64,000 nucleotides of DNA from Schmidtea polychroa (Eukaryota). Made by a program: the position numbers and the translations under genes. The notes under the pieces are model-generated. The model worked only from the letters and a program-made list of their open reading frames with translations, was not told the DNA's origin and made no database searches. Shown here one piece after another: positions 24,301 to 39,200 of the stretch (positions within the stretch are counted from its first letter, which is position 1; every line of letters begins with the position of its first letter). The stretch is from assembly GCA_044892525.1 (NCBI GenBank), contig CM097885.1:235786001-235850000 (forward strand), in the 5' to 3' direction.

Positions 24301-27300
24301 AACTTTTGGACAGTTTATGGAAAGTTCTCAATAAAATTTCTTCCCATTTTACTCAAGAAATAGATAATACATTTTCTCAGTTATCTGACAAGGTATGTTT
24401 TTCAATCAAGTTTTAAAATTTTATTAAGTTTTTGTATTAATTCTTTAAACTTAAACCACATAAAGTTTTTTTTACATACCTGTATCTATATCTATTAGAA
24501 TAACTCTTCAATTTATTTATTTTTGTAAATTTATTCATTCAAAAAAATTCAATTCAAGACTAAAAAATTATAATTTAAATATTTACAATTTTTTACAGCA
24601 ATCAGGCCACGCGAAAGAACCAATGATGACAATCAAATATATATTAACATATACGATAATATTCAATATTATCTTTTCTTTTAAATGAAGTGAATTTTTG
24701 TTTTAATGAAGTAATTTTTTGTTTAATTAAGGTGGTATGCTTTTTTAAACTTTTGTTTATATGAATTGGATACCATCCGATTTCTGTGGCCAAAAAATAA
24801 ATTTTCATTGTATAATGAATAATTCATTAACTAATGAATTTATAAAATTTAGTCAAGCAAATCTGACTTGATTTCATTAATTTGGATAACTTCAAAATGA
24901 AAATATTAATCTGTGGTCTGAAAATATCAAAATCATGGAAATTAAGATTGAAAATTGATCAATAGTGAAAAAATAAAAAAATTAAAATTGCTTTAACTCA
25001 GAGGTCACCTTGCTCCGTATGTTTTAGAGATGTTCTAGGAAGTATTACGCTTGAATCCTCAAATTACTCAAATTGAAAAATATTTAAATTGTTTAAATAT
25101 GTGAAAATTGTGATAGTTAAAATTTTGAAATTACGTGGTTTATGTGCTCTGTAATAATTAAATCATACTTTCAATTCATCAGTTGAATTCGAACCTTACT
25201 CTGTACACAGTTCGTTTTCTAGTGTTACTGTTTTTACGAGACTTAATTTGATTTATCTTCCTCAAGTTTAAAGAAACTGGCAGTTTTTGTGATCTTAGAA
25301 AGTCTGGAAGGTCACAAATTGATGATTAATAAATTTGTGAAATTTACAGAAACTTTTATATATGAGCCGTTTATTTTGATTGTAGCCTAAGTTCATTTAT
25401 TAAAAAAATCCAGCTAGTTATTTAAATAATAATATTTTTACGTTACCTTTTCATGTTTAAGTAAATTATAAATAATATATTTAAAATCACTAAGATTTTG
25501 TAAAAAAATTAATTGGTTAATGAAATGAAAAAAAATTTATTTTGAAAGTGGCTTAACATAAATGAACTTAGGTAACTTTCAAAATAAACGGCTCATATAT
25601 CATCCTAAAATGCCTCATACGAAGGAATCTGTTATTTCTTTTTGAAAACCTCTCGAAATTCTTTGCGATTTTAAATAATTTTAGTTTTGATTTTAAGATT
25701 TTAATTTGATTGTCAAGAATTTAATATTAATAAATCAATTACATGAAAAATACCTCCTCATGATGTATGATTTTCAGTGGTACTAACAAGATTGTCTAAA
25801 TTATTACCTACTATTATAAATTACATCGAATATAATAACACTTTATTTTATCGTGATGTTTTGCATAAGTTTTATAACAAGATCCAAATTTTTAAACTTT
25901 CAATTATTACAATCTTATATGCCTTTGATGAAATTGCTGGATTTGTCGGTAAATTGGGGTGGATCCAAGCGTTCTATAATAACAAAATTCCTATAATGTA
26001 TTAAAATTTATTGATTAGCATAATTACAATTGAATTTTCCGCTACACAAATAACAGTTGAGTTTTTGAAAATTTTGAAAAAGCACTATTTTGAAAACGTT
26101 ATTTTTAATCACTGAACCAGTTTGCTTTTTCTATTTTGTCTTTTAATCTTAACAATAAAATCAATTTTCTTTAGTTCTCAATTCAAACTTTATTGATATT
26201 TAAATCATTTCAGAATATCAATTTCATCAATAAATTTTTAGATCAATACAATTTTTGCCAAAAGAACTCTTTAATTTCTAATAATCTCCTCAATCTAATG
26301 ACCGCCTTTTGTCCACTAACTATTTGTATCTTTAAGGAAGTAATTCTCGATGTTTTTTGGCTTGACCTGGAAAGACTTAACAAATTTGATGGTATAAAAA
26401 TTGTGTGTAATGCAATTTTTATTCATTTTTTATAACTTTCACGAAAAAAGGAAAAAAACTTATTAACCTAGAATTTTTAAATGATATCAAACAAAATTTT
26501 TGTTTAAAAGTCTTTTAGTCTTTTTAATGTAATTTAAATTTTCCTTAAAAACCGTAGCAATTTTAAACATTTTCTAAACTTCTCGCTACACACATATTGA
26601 GAAATACTGCAATAAGAACTAATTTAACCCTTTCCTGGCTGAATTAAGAGTTGATGAAAAAATAATCAAAAACGTGGGTTTTTTTAAGTTCATATGGGGT
26701 ACCAAAAATGGTTTTTATGATTGTTTTTGCCATACAAAAAATTTCAAAGTTGGGGGATTCTCACGTACTGCAGTGATAATTCCTTTTTCAAAATGGTTCA
26801 TATCTTTTTCGTCATCCAAAAATTCTATTTCAGAAAGTAAAAGGCGGGATTAAATGATTTTACATTAAAAGTATAGATCTTCCTTATCGATCATAAATAA
26901 AAATATTATACTTACCAGCCCATAGATGTCTATACCTGTATGAAATATATCATGATTCCATATGGCATCATTAGCCATGAAAGGGTTAACTTAGAAAATG
27001 ATTGTTCTATTCATAAAAGGCGCAAATTTAATCTTGAAATTATTTAATTTATATTTGAAACCATGTAATTTGTAATTTGTGTAATATTAGTGTGTAATGT
27101 GCTGTGAGCTCCTTATTTTGAATTATTTTAGACGGAAATCAGTTCAGATAGATCATTTACTATTCTTTATGGTAAGTTTCGATCTCAGGGAATAAAAGTC
27201 AGACCATTCTTAGAATTGATATCTTCAAGAAAACACATCTGTGATTCGTAAGTAATTATATGCTTTATTTAAACGTTAAAAGTTTTTTAAATTTAAATAT

Positions 27301-27529
27301 TTTTCAAAAATATTTTAAATTCCTAAGTTATTTGTGAATGTTTTTTGTATTTTGTGAAAAATTTTGTTCTTAAATTAAAATTTTTCAATTAATGCAATAA
27401 TGGTCTTTTTATTTGTTGATGTTCAATTTATCAAAAACAAAGTTGTATGCAAACTAACCTTTTAAAATTAGTCATTTATAAGATTTATTTATAATTTCTT
27501 TCTTTGTAGTTTACATCATCTTAAATTCA

Positions 27530-27624
<95 letters not shown>

Positions 27625-30201
27625 TACCAGTCACTTAATCCCCGTCACCTAATCCCCGTCAATTAATCCCCGAGTCACTTAATCCCCGAGTCACTTAATC
27701 CCCGAGTCACTTAATCCCCGAGTCACTTAACTGCTTGATTATTTTACCGCTGTCTGTCACTAATGTTACCGGACACTTTAGCGATTGATGCTTGGTACAT
27801 CTCCAATTCATGTTTCCGTTTAGCGCCTTCTTCTTGAGCCAGAATTCATATCCCTCATGAACTAGCATAGATCTTCCTTTACTCGGGGATTAAGTGACTC
27901 GGGGATTAAGTGACTCGGGGATTAATTGACGGGGATTAAGTGACGGGGATTAAGTGACTGGGGATTAAGTGACCTGTCACCATATATATATAGTTTATAG
28001 TTTATATATAGTTTAATGATTATTCAGTCGCCAATGTTTATTTAATTTTCGAAAAATACAAATTTCCTTTTCCCACGTTTCATATAATTTCATTTAGATA
28101 TGCCCAAGTATTTGAAGACTGTGAAAAATATTTTATTTACAAAAGAAAGCAGTTACTTGATCGCGTTATTGTGTGTTCCATCGATGATTTAATGGCAAAG
28201 TTTCCCAAGGATCATTGTACATTTATTAGAAGTGGTGGGACATTGATGGTACGAATGTGTGATGATGAAACTAATCTCTATCAGCAATTTTTTGTTAACT
28301 CAGATCATCAATTGTTGAAGTAAATATGTTTACAGTTATATGATTTTTAACAAAATATCTAAAATAAATAAAATTTGAAACTTATGCTCAGTGGTATCCT
28401 ACCTGTTTACTTCACCAACTTTTATAAGTGATCTCTATTTTCTATTGAGTTTATTAAACATGTTTTGAATTTATTTAATGTTGAAAATATTCTTTCTTTT
28501 GCCAATGATACTAATGGAAACGTTACAGATATATAATGAAATGCATTTTCAAATATATTTTACATACTTGCACAACTGTACCAAAAGGGTTTATCATTGA
28601 CCCATGCTAGGTGGACGCTCAAAATGGAACTTTTGACATTCACATATAAATTACTATTTTTACTTAGGTAATTTGTATTTCCATATGGCTAAATAATTGT
28701 GAGAATTATGAAATATATCATTAAAAAATATGATTAAACTTATGAAGTACGCTAGAAACTCATTTTACAATGTTTCACTTTGCGTCTTTTTATAATGAAA
28801 CGCAAAAAAATTGAAAAACATTTTTCTGAAGGAAAATACCAGTTACAGTGTTTATTAATTTATTTATGATTCATATTTTAATTAAAATTATTTTATTTTT
28901 AATCCTTTAATTTTTTTATAATATCCTATAAATGAAATGAACCAAAATATTTATAGGCAAATTTTTAATTTTTGACTTAATTTTTGGACAAATTAACCTA
29001 CTTTCCGTGATTGCATTCAGCTGAAATTTGGTAAGTAGATTCGTTGTCAAGAACACTGCATGCTATCAAAATTTCAGATCGATCCGATCACGGAAAGTGG
29101 GTTAATTTTAAAAATTTTGATATGTCAAATCTAGTGTTAATTCCTTATTTCAATATAAATTATTATCTGTTCATTAACTTCGGATTAAAGAGATAACGTA
29201 GTTATATCTAAAACATGTTATATAAGTTATGATTATCATCATAAAATTATTATAATCACATAATTTAGGGTTTCATTTACTCACGCAATAATAAATATTT
29301 CATATCATTGAGAACGCATATTGAAATTTTAGTTTTGAGTGAAATATAGAGAGTTTCAAAAACCATGTTTTCTATCGTTGATTTTTATTTTCTCAATCAA
29401 AAATTATAAAATAAGTACTCATCCAACTAGCTCTTATGTATTTTTTGATAATTAAATGTGTTTTTAAAATTTTTTTTAGCTAAATTTATATTTTTATTCT
29501 GCTTATTTAGTAGTCAAGTGAGGCGCGGATTAAAGAGATAACGTAGTTATATCTAAAACATGTTATATAAGTTATGATTATCATCATAAAATTATTATAA
29601 TCACATAATTTAGGGTTTCATTTACTCACGCAATAATAAATATTTCATATCATTGAGAACGCATATTGAAATTTTAGTTTTGAGTGAAATATAGAGAGTT
29701 TCAAAAACCATGTTTTCTATCGTTGATTTTTATTTTCTCAATCAAAAATTATAAAATAAGTACTCATCCAACTAGCTCTTATGTATTTTTTGATAATTAA
29801 ATGTGTTTTTAAAATTTTTTTTAGCTAAATTTATATTTTTATTCTGCTTATTTAGTAGTCAAGTGAGGCGCGAAATTTTTTCCATTTTTCGAAATTCTAA
29901 TATAAAACAAGATTTCTCCCCTTATAAATTTCATTAAAAAACAAGAGTCGTCTTATATTCAGACCTTTCGATTGTCAGCCATGATTAGACACAGATTAAA
30001 AGGTCATAAACAAATGTATTTTTAAAAAAATATTTTTGTGGAAAAAATATGATTTGTCTTAAATTCAGGCTTATACTGTTAAAAGCAACTTAAGTGATCT
30101 TATTCTTGAACAAAATTACAATTCAAACAAACTAATTTCCATAATTTTGAATATTTCCCTTAAGTTTTTGATGTGCTCACTATTTACAACTTTATCAGTT
30201 A

Positions 30202-30261
<60 letters not shown>

Positions 30262-33200
30262 GTTAAAATATTCTCCATGGTTCACTGAGATGATTAATTT
30301 ATGATTGAAGAATAAATAACAATTTCAACAAGTATTACTGTTACAGAGTTATAATAGATCTAAAACTTTTGTTAATTTTTATTTTAATATGAAAATATTT
30401 AAAAATTTATTTTCGTCTTTTAAATAATGCATAATTTCTCCAATTTCGACAAGCATTTCTTTTAACCCAGATAAACCTACTGTCCTTTTAAAAGGACAGT
30501 AGGTAATCTGTTACAAATTAAAATATATTATCATGAGAACATTATTTTTAATACAATTTTTGATTATGGCGACACTAGATAGTATGGCAATGACAATGCA
30601 TATTTTTTTATAACAAAACTTCCATTATTTGTTATTTGATTTTATTGCTAATTGATATGAAATTTTTTGATGTAATGTTATTATGAGATATATAAACTTC
30701 TTCGGACATAATTAACTAGATTTACTGAAATTAGAAGACAATTTGACGGGTGTCCGTAAAAATAGATATATACAACACATTTCCCCTAAGCGAAAATGGC
30801 GACAAAGAAAAGGATAGTGATATATTCGCGTATCATTGTGTCATTAATAATCAACATAAAAAAATTCGAAAAAATAATATTTCTTTTGTATATTTAATTT
30901 TAAAAATTGAATCCGTCAAATTGACGGGTTCCGTAAATCTAGTGATATAGTTTTATCTTTGTATTTAAGTTGATTTCTTTTATAAAGGACAATAGCACAA
31001 TGAGCTACTTAGAGATTGTGCGCTACACAGTTATTATATTGATATATTGTTATATTTTTAGCATTCGAAAAGGAACCCCTCACAAATTATATATGTTATT
31101 AGAAGAATTGGAGACATATGATCAGTTTGAGGTTCCTAATGAAATTTTCATATTACTGCAAGAGAATGCCAATGACTGTGTTACCGATGAAAATTCTGTG
31201 GAAGAAGATAACGTTATTTTTGATTATTTACATGACAATCAACTTTTAGTTGATGCAGATGTTTTGATGGAAGATTCAGAAAGTGATGATGACTTACCTC
31301 TGAGTAAAATATGTGAAAGATTTCGTCATTCCACTCCAACACTTTCGCATACGTTAAGAAATACCATAATGAGTAAAAGGCGCCAATATAAATGGTCAAT
31401 GAAAGATATTAGTATATCATCACAGCAGTGGAAAGAAATGCAATATTTTTTGAAAAGATATTTGATGATGAAATTTTTGAACTTTTTGTGAAATATTCCA
31501 ATTTATATGCATCACAAAAAATATGACTGGTGATATCTCTATGAACGAAATGAAGTGTTTCATTGGAATATTATTAGTTAGTGGATATGTTGGAGTGCCG
31601 AGACGTAAAATGTATTGGGAGAATACTACAGATGTAGTCATGAAAATTGTTTACAATGCTATGTCAAGAGACAGATTTACGTTTATTATGAAGCATTTAC
31701 ACTGCAACGATAATGCCAATCTAACCAAGAGTCACAACTATTCAAAAGTGAAACCGCTCCTGGACTGTCTGAATGGGAAGTTTTTGAAATACGCGCCTGT
31801 AGAAGAGACTCACAGTGTTGATGAAGCTATGGTTCGATATTATGGATGCCATAGTGGAAAGCAGTTTATTCGGGGGAAACCAATTCGATGGGGGTATAAG
31901 TTTTGGGTTGGAACCACGCACTTGGGATACGTCAATTGGTTTGAACCTTATGAAGGTGCGTCTACAATTCTCTCAGACAAATATAAGGAATTAGGTGCCA
32001 GTGTAATTTTAGTATATTCAGATGTGTTATTGAAACATTTTGGATGTGATTATACATTTCATTTCTATTTTGATAACTTTTTTACTTCAATTCCTCTAAT
32101 GCATGAACTTAAAAATAGAGGCATAAACGCAACTGGTACAATTAGAGAGAATTCTGGATGCTCATTACTAGCCTCTAAACAACTACAAGAAGAGGTAAGA
32201 GGCACCTTTGTTTATAACTCTACCTATGAAGATATCTTGCTATGCAAATGAAATGATAATAATGTCGTGGCTATCAGCTCGAATGCAAATTCCATAAATC
32301 CTATTCGGAAAGTGCAAAGATTTTCCAAGCAACAAAAATGTAGATTAAACATCGATCAACCATATCTCATACAAAAATATAATGAGAATATGGGTTGAGT
32401 TGATAGGTGTGATCAAAAAATAAGTTTATATAGAACTTCGATCCGAGGAAAAAAATGGTACTTTCCACTGATCACACACTGTGTAGACATGGTAAAACAA
32501 AATGCATGGCAGTTACACAGAAAAGCTGCTGGGAAAATGAACCATTTATCTTTCAGACGAAATATTACTCAAGGCCTACTCGAAAGTTACAAAAAACTCC
32601 AAACGAGGACATATAAAGACATCAATTAATTTACATAACCATTCCAGATATGACAATATAGGCATTTTGTTGTCTATAAGAATATACAAGCAAGATGTAA
32701 AGTATGCCACAAAAAGGTAAATTTTGAGTGTAGGAAATGTGAAGTCGCTATGCACTCTAAAAACTGTTTTGAAAATTATCGCACAATAATGTAGTTTTTT
32801 TATTATTTTATTTGTATAAGTGAATGGGAAAAGTTTGTTAAAAATGAAAAATGCTGTAAAAAAATATCATTTTTTGGTAGTTGTCCATTCGTCCTTTTAC
32901 CGTCCTTTTAAAAGAACACCCATTTTCTCGGAAAATATGATAGACACTTTATTTTTATTATTTTTCTCACATTCCTATTCATATATAACCTAAGAATTTG
33001 TAAAAATATTATTGAATATAAGAAAAAAAAAGTTTCAGGAATAACAGGGTTAAAACTGTTACACTATGTTAAAAATTAAAACTTATTTTTAATTAATTAA
33101 ACTTTTTAATTGACATATTTGCATAATAATCATACGTCATTAATTTAAAAAAATCATAATTTATTTAACAAAAACGATTTTTTGACTGTAAAAACAGACT

Positions 33201-36200
33201 CATTCTGAAATCTTATATTGAAAAAGGATATCAATAGGATAATTAATGGAATTACTATTGAATCAAATTGTAACTTAAATGTTAAAATTAAGATAAAAAA
33301 CATCAGAATTTCAACTTTAATCACTACTTGATAAAGGAAGTGCCGAAAATTTGTGTTACTTGGTGAAGAAATTATCTACAGTCGTGATGAAAATAAATGA
33401 AATATTAAAAGGCGAAGGGTTTTACTATTAATTATAAAAAAATCACTGGACTTCATTTGCGAAGAGGCGGGTGGGTATTCTGTATCTTTACTAAAACTAG
33501 CAAATCATAGTTATTTTGTATAACAATAACCGTTAAAATAGTTTCACCTGGATGAATTTTTGTGAATTTTCATATTAGATATAAAATAAATAATAAATTT
33601 ATAAGAACATAATTTTAGATATTGTATTAAACTGATGAATCTATTTTCAGAAATATGTTAACACAACTTTGTGGCATTCTTTATGAGGCATTCAGACCTT
33701 CTATTATTCATATAAACCATTTAGAGACATTAGCTGAAATTTGTAGTATTGTTAAAATAGAATTAGTCGAAGATTATTCCGTTAAATCAAGTAGATCTTA
33801 GTTGGTATCCTTATATATTAGTATAATGTTTGTCAGATTCAGATAATTCCCCAATTGATATTGTGTGCCAAATGATTTTAGCCGATGTCCAAGAGAGGCT
33901 CGTATTTAGAACACATATCTATATAAAGACTCAAATACTTGGATATACGCCTTGTGTAGGAGATCTCGCATATCCTGAAAAATTAGAAATGATGATCGTT
34001 AGTTTTGATTATATATCTATCTCTCTTCAACCTTAATTTAATAATAATATTAACGAACTCCTAATAATATATTAAAGTTAATACAATTAAAATTTAGTCT
34101 CCGATTTATTAATTAAAATTTTACAAGTTAAATCCCGCAACATCAATATCGATTTCCAATCAATAAATTTGTCAATATGATTTTTTATCAATTTATTTCT
34201 TCCGTTGCCGTAATATCGATTTCCAATCAATAAATTTGTCAATATGATTTCCAATCAATTTATTTCTTCCGTTGCCGTAATATCGATTTCCAATCAATAA
34301 ATTTGCCAATATGATTTCCAATCAATTTAGTTATTCCGTTGCCGTAATATCGATTTCCAATCAATAAATTTGCCAATATGATTTCCAATCAATAAATTTG
34401 CCAATATGATTTCCAATCAATTTAGTTATTCCGTTGCCATAATATCGATTTCCAATCAATAAATTTGTCAATATGATTTTTTATCAATTTAATTCTTCCG
34501 TTGCTGTAATATCGATTTCCAATCAATAAATTTGCCAATATGATTTCCAATCAATTTAATTCTTCCGTTGCCGTAATATCGATTTAATAAAATAACGTTA
34601 ATTTCAAAATTTATGCCAAAATAGTCGATTAAAACAATCATTTTAATTTTTTAGATATTTCGAATTTTATGTATCTGATTTGTTGACTCTAAATTTATTC
34701 ACAAGCTCTTGAACCGTTGTGTGTTTACCTGAATCAACTTACACATCCAAGTGGTCTTGTATCAGTCGTCAAAGGTCGTCTATGTCACTTTATCTCCAAA
34801 AGGCTTTTGATGCCGACTTAAAACTGCACATTCTATAGTGGTTTCCATGCACCCGCTGCCTTGACACATATTTAAATCGCACAAAAACTGCCTGAATTGA
34901 TTTCTTTTAATCGTTAGTTCAATGTTTTAAATAAAACACAAATTAATTGATACGATTATTGAGATAACATATAAAGCGAAATATGAACTCTAAAATTGCA
35001 TATAACATAAACATGGGAAAAAAACTTAACTTGAAAACAAATCGTTAAATTTTGAATAGCATTACACCGCAAGAACTTTCTGGATAACGTTTTATAACTT
35101 TTCATTTAATATTTTACGTAAAATTACATCTTTAGGCTATTGCCGAAAGTATGAAAGGAAATTGGGTGGATCATGTAAATGGAACTAATACACCAAATGA
35201 AAGTCCTAATCCAGATGTAAAATTAGCAAATACTGCTAATCTTCGTAGAGACATTTTTGTAAATCCAGGACCAAACATGTCTCTTTCTCCAGCCGACTTG
35301 CATGGTATGTGGTATCCAACAGTTCGGCGAACATTGGTTTCCTTATCAAAATTGCACCGATGTCTTGATGTATGTTTTTGTATAGAACCAATTCGGAATT
35401 TTTTTTTATTATAACCATATGATTTTTAAAAATTATTTATTGTTTTAGCTTGTTACATTCCAAGGATTAGCACAAGATTGTGTTGCACAGTGTGTCCAAT
35501 CTCTTGTAAATGCTTCTGATACCATCAGTAAACAGAAATCGGTTATGGATGGTCAATTGTTTCTCATTAAACATTTATTAATTCTTCGAGAGCAAGTCGC
35601 CCCATTTAATGTCGAATTTACAGTGAAAGAAACATCTCTGGGATTCAATAATATTAAAAGTATTTAATTTTTTTATTAAACCTTTGAATCCCGAGTTCCT
35701 GAACAATCTAGCTTCATTACCCAATACTTTCCAGACCTGGATTTAACTTCCGCCTTTGGCTCTGAGATAGCTCTTAAATATTGTTTTTATTCCTTATTAT
35801 CATTTTTGGGTGCGCAATATTTTTTATATTTTATCAAAACCTTTTTATTAACCTCTTAATTTTTCTCATTTATAATTTTTATTAAATTAATTTATTTTAA
35901 ATTAATCAATTTATCGGAAATTGAAAATATAATTTAGTTTTTTTAATTTTAAATCAATTTTCAATTATAAATATCTAAAAGTTATTGATTATTCACAAAA
36001 TTATTTGAAAGTTAAAGCTAGTGAAACAATATTTAATCAATCAGAAAACAAATGAGAAGAAACTTGAATTATTTCATTATACAGGTTTGGCTCAAATGTT
36101 TCTGCCGGTGAATAAATCTATCCAGAATGAAATGTATGAATTTGTGGTTAATTAAATTGTTACCTTGGATTCTGCAATAGTTCTATTATTAATATATATT

Positions 36201-39200
36201 AGAATTTTCAAAATTTCTAAACATAGTTAATTATAAAATATTTAATTTGTATGAAATTAGAAATTGTTTAAATCCCTCATTAATGTTTCTCGAGTTTCTC
36301 GCCAGTATTCGTACTGAAAATGGAGTTTTCTCGATAGGATATTCGAAAAATCAATTATTACAACTGGAAGAGAGGACTATCAAAAAACAGAATTCGTAAA
36401 GAAATCAAATGCACCCTCAGTGAAGGTCAGGTTTGCCTCAGAACATGTTCCGATTGGATAGCAAAATTCAATAGTGGAAACTTTGTCGCTGAAAATAAGC
36501 CACGCTTTGGACGGCCGTCATACTATCCCGAGGAGATACAAGCTCTTTTTAATGAAGATCAACAGGCCACAACAAGATAAATTTCCAGGGGAATTGGTAG
36601 TGACAAAACGACCGCGAGAAAACGATTGATTAAAACACTCATCTGAAGCTAGATAAACAAATAGGCTTTTTAAAAATATGTATAAAATGAGGGAAACTGA
36701 ACCAGATTTGGATCAATTCTTAACCATTGGAAGCTTTAGTTGGAAAACCCAGTTCCCTGATGAATTTTTCAGAACTTTATTTTTATCGAGTACATGTGGA
36801 AGTATGGAAAATGAAAGCCTGATTTCGTTATGTATTCATATAAATATACTTCAAAAAATAAAGTAAATAAGAAATACACTTAAAACAAATGAAATTTACT
36901 AATATGCTAAATTACTTATTTTTCACAATTGATTTATTATTAATTTACCAAAATTAAAATAATTCGGAAATTTTTAAATATAATAAATCAATTATCACCT
37001 TCATTATTATGTTTATTAAAAAGCTTGAAGACTATGAATCATTAAATATATCGATGTTTTTGATATTAAATTTTTGAATATCAAAAAAATCGATATATTT
37101 ACTGATTCATAGTCTTCAAACCCTTTAATAAATATAATGGAAAAGAAATCAGTGGTGAAATTGGAAAAGTTCCTATAATTCATTATTATAATAATTAATG
37201 AAATAAACATGGCGATGATTTAATTATTGCAAATCACTATTTAAACATGCATTTTGCGATATATTTCGATAGTCTCACTGATGAGAATGAAAATTCCGAA
37301 ATATAGCGTAAAACGTATGTTTGATTGGCTCTTGCAAATAATTTCATTATTATATATTAATATTGGCTGCAATACCAGCTGGTCAGATAATGAGATTAGA
37401 TGATTTACCCGCTATCTTTCGGGCATATATGTCCATCCAATTGGTCGGTTTTCGGGGCTGTGGGTTTCAAATCTTTAATTTTCGCAATCTCAATTTTGCA
37501 TTTAGACGCAGCCGTAGGATTATTGTCTTCACGTTCACAAATACTCGCTTTGAATAGAAGCAATTCATTATTGAGATTTTTATTGGAAACCCCGGATGTG
37601 ATTGAAACTGTTGTGGATTCAAGGCATCAATTAGATGGGCAATTGAAGTTAACATGTGATAGTTTCATCAACTACTGCATTGAAAACCTAGTTGGACCTA
37701 TAAATGAATTCTTAAAAAAGGTTCTTTTTCTTTATCATATAAATATTAATTAAAATCATTAAAATCTTTACCTCGCTTCCTCTAGTAATATTATCAATTT
37801 CCATTATTTTTATTTCAGAATATAAATCAATAGTTCTATTAATTTAACACCAATTTTTGGCACAGTCTCATTTTGAAGAGTTTTCAATAAAAATACTGAT
37901 CTATAATCTGAATGGATGACAATGGAAATTAATAATAATAATTCTTTGTGAAAACTAGCAAATAAAACCGACAGAAATAAAATCATAGCAGGATATCATT
38001 ATTTATAGGTTTTTATTTAATTCATAGTGTAATAGGTCTCCATTTATTTTAATGTAGAATAAACGTTCACATAAGGATGTATAAATTTACTGTATTCATC
38101 TAGTATCTATATTTGCTCATAATGTTATAAATAAAATTAATAAACAGTTCAATCCAATGTCAGATTCATCACTAGCAAAAAGTTCATTAATTTCATCAGG
38201 TGTTATTTTCACTATATCTGTAAAGGAATCTTCAATGTATTCTTCCAGGTTCTGTTCATTCCTCATCTTCAGTTCCATCTAGAACATTACTAATGCCATA
38301 TTTTCAAGTGGCATAGAATTTCATACATCTTTTAACCAACGACAAACAAGACAGCTGGTGGACCCTGTCTTTAATGGGTTTGTTAAGACAGGCGTTAATG
38401 CACCAAGTATAACGCATGTCACAGTGCTCATATGGAACATCAGTTTTGATAGTTTCTTTCAGATGCACACTTAATATATTCTAAATTAAAGTTAATTCAT
38501 CATAGTACCTGGTCGACGGTTCCGCACATTTTCAACCAATAAAAAACATCATCCTAATCTAGCTCCATCAGTATTGCTGTCAAAGACAGCAGTAAAATGC
38601 GTTTTCTCGTTACAGGCTGTCTACTTTGGTTTCGAAATCCTTTGGTAGCTTCTGCGAAAGATTTGTGTGTTGTCTCAGCATTAATCCACGTCCCCATGTT
38701 TCTCTTTTTTTCAACTTCTAGATGCTATAAAGGTTCAGATTTTTTTTATTCTTAGAACTGATGTATGTGATCCTGCATATTCGTTGTTTCTATGGTTCAT
38801 AACTCAATCGAATAAGACTGACTCCAGTTGGGGAAAATGAAGCCAAAATTCTGAAATACAACTGATTCGATTTATAATCTTGAAGGAGACCTGAAATTTC
38901 GAATATAATAGAAAATAGTGGAAATATATCAGTATTAATAACCGAAACAACCGGCCTCATAAAATATCTGCTTTTTAAGCAAGCCAGTGATGATATTATT
39001 TGTTATTTGAGAAAAACTGCAAACTACATTGAGCAATAAATATTTATTATTTATTTATTCTCCTCCAATCACACGCACATATGCGGACTTTCTCTTTCTC
39101 CCGACTTTTATTTTTAAGGTTTATTTCTAAATTTAAAATAAGTAGAAATTGTTTCCAAAAATGAGTGTTCATTAGAGTTTTTTTTTAGTTTAAATGAATT

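Larger units (their letters stand above)
30466..33049 (+). mobile_element. piggyBac element, PGBD3-like, near full length, in COG3 intron 9
   Basis: TTAA at 30462-30465 and 33050-33053; CCC/GGG ends; 28-bp perfect subterminal palindrome CCTACTGTCCTTTTAAAAGGACAGTAGG. Confidence 0.9.

Noticed and set aside
24590-24690. Strong acceptor TTTTTTTACAG followed by exon-like sequence in COG3 intron 7
   Set aside because: Not needed for the COG3 frame, no recognisable similarity in the compatible phase, and no clear donor.
25777-26435. Short ORFs in COG3 intron 7
   Set aside because: AT-rich chance ORFs with no motif or splice support.
34145-34585. CRISPR-like appearance of regular repeats (also 27630-27730)
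   Set aside because: The intervening sequences are repeated rather than unique spacers, there are no cas genes, and the context is eukaryotic.
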